Part shown: positions 8,358 through 16,526 of the stretch, one piece after another
How the letters are laid out: every line of letters starts with the position of its first letter
Numbering within the stretch: the stretch's first letter is position 1
The notes under the pieces: model-generated
The model's input: only the letters and a program-made list of their open reading frames with translations
Told to the model about the DNA's origin: nothing
The model's database searches: none
Source: a virus
Lineage: Duplodnaviria > Caudoviricetes
Length of the DNA stretch: 54,944 nucleotides
IMG/VR virus record: IMGVR_UViG_3300043465_001344
Coordinates: 1-54,944 of that record
Direction: 5' to 3' (one strand)
Translations under genes and position numbers: made by a program

Positions 8358-8821
8358 CCGCCCTCATCACCCCGGGCCAGTGGGTCGTGCTGTTGGAGGA
8401 CAACAGCGTCTGGCGGGTCGAGAGCACCACCCCCACCGCGGTCCTGCTAGAGGGTTGCACTCTCCCACTCGACCGGTCCCGCGTCGAACATCTGGCGGGC
8501 TTCTGCCCGCCCGACTTCTACGTCGGCGACGACGTGGTCGACTTCGAGCAGCGCAAGCGGTTCACCGTGGCCGGCTTCGAGGCTGACCCCGACGTCCGGT
8601 CCATCATCTTCGCTGTCGACGAGACGGGGGAAGTCCACTCGCTTCGCCCGCTCGGCCGCCGGTCCACATTCGACAGCGGCGAGGACGTCGAGGTCGAGAT
8701 GGCCGCGCTGTGGTCGGCCTATGCCACGACCGCGGTGCTGATGAAGCACTACCCGCTCGACATCAAGATCAACAGCCTGCGGCACAACATCCGCGAGGCC
8801 ATCCTCAACCTGCACCCGTGA
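8354..8821 (+). CDS. hypothetical protein
   Basis: GTGA overlap start. Confidence 0.55.
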   Translation: MTALITPGQWVVLLEDNSVWRVESTTPTAVLLEGCTLPLDRSRVEHLAGFCPPDFYVGDDVVDFEQRKRFTVAGFEADPDVRSIIFAVDETGEVHSLRPLGRRSTFDSGEDVEVEMAALWSAYATTAVLMKHYPLDIKINSLRHNIREAILNLHP

Positions 8822-8865
8822 GACCGGGCGCGAACCGCAAGCGTCAATGGAAAAGGACACCCAAG

Positions 8866-9039
8866 ATGCGCGACTACGAACAACAGCAGGCCGCCCGACG
8901 GGCCAAGGAGGACGCCCGCGAGGCGCTCTTCGAGCAGATCATCAGCGGCGTCGCCGCGATTTTAACGGGTAAAGCCAGCATCGCCGCTGACCGCGACGGT
9001 GAGCGGACCCTCTACAGGGTCATCCCCGATGCAGAATAA
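8866..9039 (+). CDS. hypothetical protein
   Basis: AAGGA SD; contains motif copy 8. Confidence 0.45.
   Translation: MRDYEQQQAARRAKEDAREALFEQIISGVAAILTGKASIAADRDGERTLYRVIPDAE
8960..8973. repeat. palindromic motif, copy 8 (inside a CDS)
   Basis: TTTTAACGGGTAAA. Confidence 0.8.
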
Positions 9040-9445
9040 CGACAACATCCGCCTCGTCCGCGATATGATCCTCGCGCACCCCACTCAGTTCGACATGGGA
9101 ACGCTCGTCGGGGGTGACCCTAACGACGACGCCGAAGCCACCCTCGGCGGACTGGCCCACCCTTGCGGCACCGTGGCCTGCATCGCAGGCTGGGCGGCCT
9201 ACGCCGCCGGTTACCACGGCCGGGAGGGCGGACGGATCGAGCACATCGCCGCCGAGTTCCTTGGGATCCAGTTCAATGTCGGTGACTTGATCATCGGCGG
9301 TGTCGCCGGCCGGCTGTTCTACCCGGATATGCCCGAGGACCCCGAAGCCCCCGGCCCCTATGTGGCCACCGCCGAGCAGGCCGCCCGGGTCCTCGATCAC
9401 CTGATCGAGACGGGCGAGGTGGATTGGAGCAAGGCCGATGTCTGA
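9029..9445 (+). CDS. hypothetical protein, CxTxxCIxG family paralog 3
   Basis: NIRLVRDMI...FDMG...CGTVACIAGWA...QAARVLDHLIETGEVDW. Confidence 0.75.
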   Translation: MQNNDNIRLVRDMILAHPTQFDMGTLVGGDPNDDAEATLGGLAHPCGTVACIAGWAAYAAGYHGREGGRIEHIAAEFLGIQFNVGDLIIGGVAGRLFYPDMPEDPEAPGPYVATAEQAARVLDHLIETGEVDWSKADV

Positions 9446-9833
9446 CGACGCCAACGTCTACCTCATCGTCGGCAACCCAGAGCGTGGCTATACCGCGACC
9501 TGCAACGGCCACCACGGCACAGGCTCCAACCCGTCCGCGGCCCTACAGCAACTGCACCTGAAGTTCTGGAACCGAAAGTGGGCGAAGGACGCCGAGCGCA
9601 AGGCCGCCTTCAAGTCCATGAAGCGGCACTTCCGCCGGTCGATCCGCTACCCAATGTGGGCACCCCGCTTCCTCTGGAACTCGGGGCAACGCTTCGCGGC
9701 CAAACTCCACAACGACCTCGTCATGCAGGTCGCCCGTGAACTCGACGAGCGCCCGGTCCGCGCGACATGGACCGAGGCCGCCCGCATCATCAATGAAAGG
9801 TGGACCTATGGCCCAGATCACCCCCAGCCCTGA
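9438..9833 (+). CDS. hypothetical protein
   Basis: GGAG SD, overlapping start. Confidence 0.6.
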   Translation: MSDDANVYLIVGNPERGYTATCNGHHGTGSNPSAALQQLHLKFWNRKWAKDAERKAAFKSMKRHFRRSIRYPMWAPRFLWNSGQRFAAKLHNDLVMQVARELDERPVRATWTEAARIINERWTYGPDHPQP

Positions 9834-10044
9834 GCAACAAGTCCTGCTCGACACCTACGACACCAGCCTCCTCGGCTTCGACCCCGAGGCCATCGAGGAG
9901 GGCGACGTCGAGAACTGCGGCGACGGCCTGTTCCTGTTCCTCTGGAACGAGCTGGCCCCAGACGGCGGCACCGACCGCGCCACCTACATCACCCGCATGC
10001 ACACTGCTCTGGAGCAGGTGCGCGAAGTCTTCGAGGCCCTCTGA
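9808..10044 (+). CDS. small acidic hypothetical protein
   Basis: AAGGTGG SD; CGDGLFLFL motif. Confidence 0.6.
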   Translation: MAQITPSPEQQVLLDTYDTSLLGFDPEAIEEGDVENCGDGLFLFLWNELAPDGGTDRATYITRMHTALEQVREVFEAL

Positions 10045-10065
10045 GCTATCCACATCAACCCACTG

Positions 10066-10081
10066 TTTTAACAGGTTAAAA
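10066..10081. repeat. palindromic motif, copy 9
   Basis: TTTTAACAGGTTAAAA, 4 nt before the ATG at 10086. Confidence 0.85.
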
Positions 10082-10085
10082 TCTC

Positions 10086-12026
10086 ATGTTCTCAGACTTC
10101 TCCAAAATCGTCCATGCGACGTTCGGCCGAATGGCCGGCGTCGAGCTGTTCAAGGTCGACACCTCGGACCTCTTCGAGGTCTACCTGTCGGCCTTCCCCG
10201 AGGGCACCAACCCGATCTTCCGCGAGCGGACCGAGCACGACTGCTCGTGCTGCAAGAACTTCATCCGCAACATCGGCAATGTCGTCGCCATCATCGACGG
10301 CCGGGTCGTGACCGTCTGGGACGACTACGCCTCCGCGCCAGCTCCCTACGACGTCGTCGGCCGCGTCCTCGCCGAGCGCGTCCGGCAGGCCCCGATCCGG
10401 GGCGTGTGGCGCACCAAGGAGCGCCAGTACAGCCAAGAGACCTCCGTCGAAATGATGGGGGATCGTGCCCACACATGGCACCACTTCGCGGCCCGGGTGC
10501 CGGACAAGAACTTCAGCCTGACGCCTGACAAGGCCGCTGGTGACATCAACACCACCGCCCACGTCCTGCGCCGCGGCCTGAACGAGATCACTCTCGACGC
10601 TCTCGACACCGTGATCGATCTGGCCGAGGCCAACAACCTGCTCCGCGGCACCGAGTTCCTGCCGGCGATTAAGGGCTTCCGCGCCCTCCGCGCTCAGTGG
10701 ACCGGCGACGAACTGCTGATCTGGCAGAACCTCGACGACCGCTCGGCCCGCTTCCGCAACACAGCCATCGGCACGCTCCTGCTCGAGCTGTCGGCTGGCG
10801 AAGAGCTGGAGAAGGCCGTCGGCAAGTACGAGAACATGGTCTCGGGCACCAACTACAAGCGCCCGACCGCCCTCGTGACGCCCAAGATGATCGAGGCCGC
10901 CGTGACCAAGATCGACGAGCTGGGTCTGCGAGGCTCGGTCGAGCGCCGCCATGCACGGATCGAGGACCTGTCGATCAACGACGTTCTGTTCGTCGACAAC
11001 GCCTCGGCCAGCCAGATGCGGGATAGCCTCGCTGACACCCTGATGGCCTCAGCCTCGCGCCCCGTGGCCTCGGTCAAGAACCCCCAACCGATCTCGGCCG
11101 AGGACTTCTTCACCAAGAGCTACACCTCAATCAGCGCGCTGGTCGAGAACCGCCACGGCCCCAACTTCATGAGCCTGACCGCCCCGGTCGACACGACCGA
11201 GGGCCGGCTGTTCAGCTGGAACAACGACTTCAGCTGGTCCTATGACGGTGACGTCGCCGACAGCATCAAGCAGCGGGTCAAGGCCGCCGGCGGCAACGTG
11301 GACGCCAAGTTCCGCGTCAGCCTCGCGTGGTTCAACACCGACGATCTGGACCTGCACTGCTACACACCGGGGGGTCGGCACGTCTACTTCGGCTCGAAGC
11401 AAGGCATCCTTGATGTCGATGCGAACGGCCCGAGCGTGACCAACCGGCGTGACCCCGTCGAGAACATGGCCTTCACTTCGGTCGAGGATGGGACCTATCG
11501 CTTCGATGTCCACCAGTACAGCCGACGCAACTCGCACGACGTCGGCTTCACGCTGGAAATCCAGATCGGCGCGCAGATTATGCAGTACAGCTACGCCCCG
11601 ATGGTCGTCGGCACGGTCAAGGCAATCTCGATCACCCTGCAGGGTGGCCAGTTCGTCGACATGGTCCTGCACACGGACCTGACCGGCGGTGGCTTCTCGG
11701 CCGAAAAGTGGGGCGTCAGCACCGAGCAGCTGGTCCCCGTCGAAACGCTGATGCTCAGCCCCAACTTCTGGAACGGGCAGACCGTCGGCAACAAGCACTG
11801 GTTCTTCATCCTGCGTGGGTGCAAGAACCCGGACCCCGTCCGCGGCATCTACAACGAGTATCTGCGGCCGGACCTGAATGAGCACCGCAAGGTGTTCGAG
11901 GTGCTCGGATCCAAGACCAAGGCTCCGTTCGCCGAAGACCAGCTCTCCGGGCTGGGCTTCTCTTCCACCCAGAGGAACACCCTCACCGTAGTCGCGGATG
12001 GTCGCGCCTACGAAATCCAGTTCTGA
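10086..12026 (+). CDS. large conserved phage protein with an N-terminal HDCSCC motif and a YfaP/DUF2135-like domain
   Basis: RERTEHDCSCCKNFI; LAWFNTDDLDLHC...LDVDAN...PVEN. Confidence 0.75.
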   Translation: MFSDFSKIVHATFGRMAGVELFKVDTSDLFEVYLSAFPEGTNPIFRERTEHDCSCCKNFIRNIGNVVAIIDGRVVTVWDDYASAPAPYDVVGRVLAERVRQAPIRGVWRTKERQYSQETSVEMMGDRAHTWHHFAARVPDKNFSLTPDKAAGDINTTAHVLRRGLNEITLDALDTVIDLAEANNLLRGTEFLPAIKGFRALRAQWTGDELLIWQNLDDRSARFRNTAIGTLLLELSAGEELEKAVGKYENMVSGTNYKRPTALVTPKMIEAAVTKIDELGLRGSVERRHARIEDLSINDVLFVDNASASQMRDSLADTLMASASRPVASVKNPQPISAEDFFTKSYTSISALVENRHGPNFMSLTAPVDTTEGRLFSWNNDFSWSYDGDVADSIKQRVKAAGGNVDAKFRVSLAWFNTDDLDLHCYTPGGRHVYFGSKQGILDVDANGPSVTNRRDPVENMAFTSVEDGTYRFDVHQYSRRNSHDVGFTLEIQIGAQIMQYSYAPMVVGTVKAISITLQGGQFVDMVLHTDLTGGGFSAEKWGVSTEQLVPVETLMLSPNFWNGQTVGNKHWFFILRGCKNPDPVRGIYNEYLRPDLNEHRKVFEVLGSKTKAPFAEDQLSGLGFSSTQRNTLTVVADGRAYEIQF

Positions 12027-12034
12027 GAGACACC

Positions 12035-12433
12035 ATGACCGACAAGAACCTCTTCAAACTCGCCGCCCGTCGCAAGACGCGCTTCAACTCCACCCGCGGC
12101 CCGCTGACCGCCGAGCAGCTCTACGACCTGAAGCTGACCGACCTCGACGCCATCGCCCGGGGCATCAACACGGACCTGAAGTCCGTGACCGAGGACAGCT
12201 TCATCCAGACCACGCCGGACCCCCGCCGTGGTCAGCTGCAGGACGCCCTCGACCTCGTCATCGAAGTGATCGCCGACAAGCAGGCCGACGCCGCCGACAG
12301 CAAGAAGCGCATCGAGCGCGCCGCCCTGCGTGACACCCTGAAGTCGGCCCTCGCCCGCAAGCAGGACGAGGCCCTGTCCGAGACCTCCATCGCCGACCTG
12401 CAGAAGCAGCTGGCCGCGCTGGGCGACGACTGA
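12035..12433 (+). CDS. conserved helical partner of the preceding gene
   Basis: LFKLAARRKTRFNSTRGPLTAEQLYDL followed by a coiled-coil tail. Confidence 0.75.
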   Translation: MTDKNLFKLAARRKTRFNSTRGPLTAEQLYDLKLTDLDAIARGINTDLKSVTEDSFIQTTPDPRRGQLQDALDLVIEVIADKQADAADSKKRIERAALRDTLKSALARKQDEALSETSIADLQKQLAALGDD

Positions 12434-12443
12434 TCCATCAACC

Positions 12444-12493
12444 GCCCCGGGCTTCGGCCCGGGGCACCAGATTTTAACGGGTAAACTCCAATG
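12444..12493 (+). promoter_or_regulatory. UUCG hairpin + motif copy 10 + start codon
   Basis: GCCCCGGGC-TTCG-GCCCGGGGC then CCAGATTTTAACGGGTAAACTCCAATG. Confidence 0.75.
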
Positions 12494-12997
12494 ACCATCA
12501 CCCTCGCCGGCCTCGTCGCCCACATGAGTGCCCGGGACGCGATCATGAAGCGCCTCGACGAGATCGCCCGCTACTGCCACGCACAGCGGAAGATCGTCTG
12601 GGAGAACTCGATCACCCCCGTCAGCCGGTGGAAGGAGCCGGAGCCCGGCGTTGCCGATGACTTCGAGATCTACGATGGCAGCATCTGGGTCTCCTACTGG
12701 TGGTCGACCTATGATGGTCGGGAGGAGCTGACGGTCAAGTTCCCCGCTGACTATCTCGACAGGCATGACAGCATCTGGCAGGCCATCGAGACTTCGGCTG
12801 CCGCGGAGGCCGTGAGCCGCAAGACCCAACACGTCGAGACCCTCGCGCAGCACGCCGCCGAACAGCGCCGTCGAGCCTTCGAGCAGAGGCAGGAACAGGT
12901 CCGTCAGCGCATGATCGAGACCGTCCCCGGCTTCGGGCAGATGACGGAGCTGACCCAACAATCCATCATCGCCACCGCACTAGGAGCACGGACGTGA
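12491..12997 (+). CDS. hypothetical protein
   Basis: Starts 5 nt after the motif. Confidence 0.65.
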   Translation: MTITLAGLVAHMSARDAIMKRLDEIARYCHAQRKIVWENSITPVSRWKEPEPGVADDFEIYDGSIWVSYWWSTYDGREELTVKFPADYLDRHDSIWQAIETSAAAEAVSRKTQHVETLAQHAAEQRRRAFEQRQEQVRQRMIETVPGFGQMTELTQQSIIATALGART

Positions 12998-13416
12998 ACC
13001 TCTACCTCTCCAACGGCCGGGCATGGACCGGAACCCAGAAGGACGCCAAGGACGCCGGCCCGTTCGTCGCCGTGGACGTCCCGACCGACAAGCCGGGCCT
13101 GCTCCGGTGGTTGAACGAAAACTGGATTGGGCGCGGGGAGCCCACCGTCTCGCCGGACGGTGAAGAGACCACCGGCTCTCGGGATGAAGAAAGCCACAGG
13201 CGGACCGAACCCGAGGATGGTCTCACCCCGGTCACCAGCCAGCCGGCCGCCAACCCGACCGACTGCCCTGCCTGCCACCGCTCGCCTCGTGTCGCCCAGA
13301 TCGTGGTCAACTGCGAGGCCTCGATGACGGCGCAGGCGGCCATCGCTGACGTCACCGACACGCGGTCCCTCGACCGCATCATCGCGGTGGCCGTGGCCCG
13401 GCGGGCCGAGCTGTGA
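12994..13416 (+). CDS. hypothetical protein with CxxC
   Basis: AGGAG SD; WTGTQKDA...VDVPTDKPGLL; CPAC. Confidence 0.65.
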   Translation: MNLYLSNGRAWTGTQKDAKDAGPFVAVDVPTDKPGLLRWLNENWIGRGEPTVSPDGEETTGSRDEESHRRTEPEDGLTPVTSQPAANPTDCPACHRSPRVAQIVVNCEASMTAQAAIADVTDTRSLDRIIAVAVARRAEL

Positions 13417-13709
13417 CGCCGGCCTATCACATCGACCCTCGCAACCGTTCGATCTCCCTGATCGACGAGCCCCTCGAACTCCCTGCCAATGGCGTCGCCA
13501 TTCAGGGCCTCGGCATCGTTCACTCGGACCCGATGTCGATTATGCAGCCGGGCATCAACCCGTGGTTCTTCGAGCCACTGGGCATGATGCTCGGACCTGC
13601 AATCGTGACTGAACCCGTCGTGCCCGAGCACGTCATCCACCGCCTGACGACTTGGGTCCGCGCGACCATGGTCATCAATCAGGCAACTCTCATCATCCCC
13701 TACCGCTAG
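13413..13709 (+). CDS. hypothetical protein
   Basis: GTGA overlap. Confidence 0.55.
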   Translation: MTPAYHIDPRNRSISLIDEPLELPANGVAIQGLGIVHSDPMSIMQPGINPWFFEPLGMMLGPAIVTEPVVPEHVIHRLTTWVRATMVINQATLIIPYR

Positions 13710-13723
13710 GAAAGACCAAGCCT

Positions 13724-14614
13724 ATGAACGTCACGCTCACCCCGTCGGACAACGGTTTCGACGTCTCCCACCCGGCGCTGCCCGGTCCGATCAGCCTCAC
13801 CGCCGAGGTCGGCCGCCAGTTCGCCAAAGCTCTGGTTTCCCCGGAGCTGGACACCCCGGCCTTCAAGTCGGACAAGAACATCTGGGCTCCCCAGACCCGC
13901 GAACCCCTCGGCCTGTGGCTGACCGAGGCCGGCGTCATCCAGCTCTGGATCGCGGGGCAGGTCGAGGACATCACCCGTGACGAGGCCACGGCTCTCGCCT
14001 CGGAAGTCCTGCTCGCCTCGGCCGTCTTCAAGATCGGCGACGAGGTGGAAATCACCAGCGAGCTGTTCCTCTTCAGCCGGGCTGACATCACGGCCCGCGA
14101 GGCTGCCGATGCCACCGACCGCCTGTCCAAGCTGGCCGTGCAGGGCTCCTACGGGACCGTCGTCTCCGTCGAGCTCTTCGAGGGCAAGGTCGCCTATCGT
14201 CTGCAGATCGGTGACGCCTTCACCTTCTCGATGTACGACCACGTCTACAAGGCGGCCCCGCCGATCCAGACCTACCGCGTCGAACGGGACATCGCCCGCT
14301 ACCTCGGCGACGCCGTCACCGTGTCGGCCCGCTCCCCGGCGGAAGCCCGCAAGCTGGGCGAGAAGGCGCGCTGCCCCCGCGGCTACAGCCTGATCGATGT
14401 CGTCGATGTCGAACTCGTCACCGGGACCGACGACGAGCTCAACCGCGGCGAGGGCTTCTTCGTCGACACCACCAGCAACTCGCTGGGCCTGACGGACGAC
14501 AGCCCGTTCGCCGACCCGACCGCGTTGGTCGCGTTCCTCGTGGACAAGGCCTTCGCCGGCTCGCGCCGCCACCAGCAGATCGTTCGCGACGTCATCGCTC
14601 CGACCAGCGTCTGA
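13724..14614 (+). CDS. hypothetical protein
   Basis: AGGA SD; high GC3 codon pattern. Confidence 0.7.
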   Translation: MNVTLTPSDNGFDVSHPALPGPISLTAEVGRQFAKALVSPELDTPAFKSDKNIWAPQTREPLGLWLTEAGVIQLWIAGQVEDITRDEATALASEVLLASAVFKIGDEVEITSELFLFSRADITAREAADATDRLSKLAVQGSYGTVVSVELFEGKVAYRLQIGDAFTFSMYDHVYKAAPPIQTYRVERDIARYLGDAVTVSARSPAEARKLGEKARCPRGYSLIDVVDVELVTGTDDELNRGEGFFVDTTSNSLGLTDDSPFADPTALVAFLVDKAFAGSRRHQQIVRDVIAPTSV

Positions 14615-14623
14615 CCTGAGCCC

Positions 14624-14680
14624 GGGCCGGTCCTTCGGGGCCGGCCCACCCCTCCAGATTTTAACGGGTAAAATCCAATG
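14624..14680 (+). promoter_or_regulatory. UUCG hairpin + motif copy 11 + start codon
   Basis: GGGCCGGTCC-TTCG-GGGCCGGCCC then CCAGATTTTAACGGGTAAAATCCAATG. Confidence 0.75.
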
Positions 14681-15139
14681 AGCGGACCGATCTACTTCAA
14701 CGGCATCGTCGACCTGAAGCCGGACACCACCATCCGCGAGGTGCTCAACCTCTACTGGGAGAATGGGTGCCCGTGGGACGACGACGAAGACCTGACCGAC
14801 GTCACCCACGAGTACAACGACTTCGACAATCAGGTGCGCCTCGTGATCGAGGGCGGCCAGCTGGGCTACACCGTCGACTTCAGCGACGGCTCCTACGACT
14901 TCGTCGACCAGTTCGAGGGCTTCCTCAAGGCCATCGCCGAACAGTACGCCACCAAGGGGTGGATCAGCTGGGAAGGCGAACCCGGCGACGACCAACAGCA
15001 GGTCGCCTACGGCCTGACTGAACTCGACAGGCTGCGTGCTGCCGCTGACCAAGCCGGCCTCGAACTCGAGGCCGCTCAGGACAAGTACAAGCGAGCGGTG
15101 GAGGCCCTGACCAGTGCAGCGCAAACCCCGGCCCAGTAA
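14678..15139 (+). CDS. acidic hypothetical protein
   Basis: Starts 4 nt after the motif; D/E-rich. Confidence 0.7.
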   Translation: MSGPIYFNGIVDLKPDTTIREVLNLYWENGCPWDDDEDLTDVTHEYNDFDNQVRLVIEGGQLGYTVDFSDGSYDFVDQFEGFLKAIAEQYATKGWISWEGEPGDDQQQVAYGLTELDRLRAAADQAGLELEAAQDKYKRAVEALTSAAQTPAQ

Positions 15140-15189
15140 CCCGTACCCCGTGCCGACCAACGCGAGCACGCTCCACAAGGACTTCGACA

Positions 15190-15474
15190 ATGATTACCCC
15201 CGAGAGAGCCTACGAGATTGCCTCCCAGTGGGGGTCCTATATCTCAGCGGGCGACAACGGCGTGCCGTTCGTGAGCTTTCCGAAGAATGACGGAACGCCC
15301 GTCTCGCCGGGCCATCAAGAAGCCTGCATCGACTACACGATCAACCTGCTGGCCAACGCCAAGGAGGTTGATCGTTCCGACCTGATCGCGCTGCTGTACT
15401 TCTTCGACCAGACAGCCCCGCGTGACCTGCCCACCCCCTCAGACCTGAACCTCGGAGAAGACCCATGGAACTGA
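15190..15474 (+). CDS. hypothetical protein
   Basis: AAGGA SD; IASQWGSY..GD.G pattern. Confidence 0.6.
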   Translation: MITPERAYEIASQWGSYISAGDNGVPFVSFPKNDGTPVSPGHQEACIDYTINLLANAKEVDRSDLIALLYFFDQTAPRDLPTPSDLNLGEDPWN

Positions 15475-15686
15475 TCCCCGTCGAGAGCTCGAACCTCGAC
15501 CGCGTCGGCTACGACACCGACACCAAGACCCTGCGCGTGCTGTTCAAGAACGGCCGGACCTACGACTACACCGGCGTCCCCGCCGTCATGTTCGGCCAGC
15601 TGCTCGCCGCCGAGAGCGTCGGCAAGTTCCTGAACGGGAGCATCAAGCCGCACTACGCCGTCACCGAGGTCAAGGCCGATGGCTAG
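15465..15686 (+). CDS. KTSC domain protein
   Basis: VESSNLDRVGYD...LRVLFKNGRTYDYTGVP...LLAAESVGKFLN. Confidence 0.9.
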   Translation: MELIPVESSNLDRVGYDTDTKTLRVLFKNGRTYDYTGVPAVMFGQLLAAESVGKFLNGSIKPHYAVTEVKADG

Positions 15687-15915
15687 GCAGTTCATCCAGA
15701 TCCCGTGGTCCAAGAAACTGGGCCTCGCCTACTGGGGCCGGAACCGCTCCGGCTCCCAGTGCGGGATTGCCCTCTACCCGGCTCAGGGTGAGACACCCTC
15801 GGTCGTCCTCATGCCCATCAACAGCCTCGCGCTGTCCACCACCGCCGCTCAGCTGGAAGTGCCCAAGTCGCACATCCCGACGCTGATCAAGGCCCTTCAG
15901 GAGATGATCTCGTGA
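15679..15915 (+). CDS. hypothetical protein
   Basis: Overlapping start and stop with neighbours. Confidence 0.55.
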   Translation: MARQFIQIPWSKKLGLAYWGRNRSGSQCGIALYPAQGETPSVVLMPINSLALSTTAAQLEVPKSHIPTLIKALQEMIS

Positions 15916-16313
15916 AAATCTACGCCAGAATGTGTCAGGAGAACGAAGAGGACGAGCTGATCGTCTTCTTCATCCCGAAGGAGCGGCTGTTCCAGCTGCG
16001 GGAAATCTGCGTCGCGAACGGCCTCAGCGAGGCCTGCATCGAGATGCCGACCTACGTCCGCCACGCGTGGCCCGAGACCATCCCCTCCGATGGCTTCGTC
16101 TCAGTCGAAACCCGCTCTGAGTGGGCGGCCGGCCGCTTCGAGGACATCGAGTTCTCCGACCACCGCAACGTCGATCTGAGCCAGAGCCTGCTGGAGACCC
16201 TGCACGTCGGGGCCAACGGCGCGGTTCACATCGAGTGCCGCGGCGGGCCGGCCGGCGAGTGGTGGTCCGAGGGCCTCGACCTGCAGGAGATCGCGACCTA
16301 TGCCGAGGTATAG
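15912..16313 (+). CDS. hypothetical protein
   Basis: AGGAG SD, GTGA overlap. Confidence 0.6.
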   Translation: MKIYARMCQENEEDELIVFFIPKERLFQLREICVANGLSEACIEMPTYVRHAWPETIPSDGFVSVETRSEWAAGRFEDIEFSDHRNVDLSQSLLETLHVGANGAVHIECRGGPAGEWWSEGLDLQEIATYAEV

Positions 16314-16500
16314 CGTGAGGCTGGTCTGCGACGCCACCGCGTGGGCGGATGTCGTTGTGGAAGCCGACAGCCCGGAGGCCGCTGTCGAGCTCGCCACCGA
16401 TGAGCAGCACCGCAACAGCGCCAAGTGGGAGCTGTCCGACGGCAACTACCTGAAGCGCGACGACATCTCGGCTGAGCTGGACGAAGTCACCCAACTTTAA
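16300..16500 (+). CDS. hypothetical protein
   Basis: AGGAG SD; VEADSPEAAVELA pattern; stop codon inside motif copy 12. Confidence 0.6.
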   Translation: MPRYSVRLVCDATAWADVVVEADSPEAAVELATDEQHRNSAKWELSDGNYLKRDDISAELDEVTQL

Positions 16501-16510
16501 CTGTTAAAAA
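16496..16510. repeat. palindromic motif, copy 12
   Basis: TTTAACTGTTAAAAA, upstream of rIIA. Confidence 0.8.
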
Positions 16511-16526
16511 TCAGAAGGATACGACC

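Noticed and set aside
6264-14680. TAAAAT inside the motif as a -10 box for leaderless mRNAs
   Set aside because: It lies only 1-3 nt from the ATG, which is too close, and there is no consistent -35.
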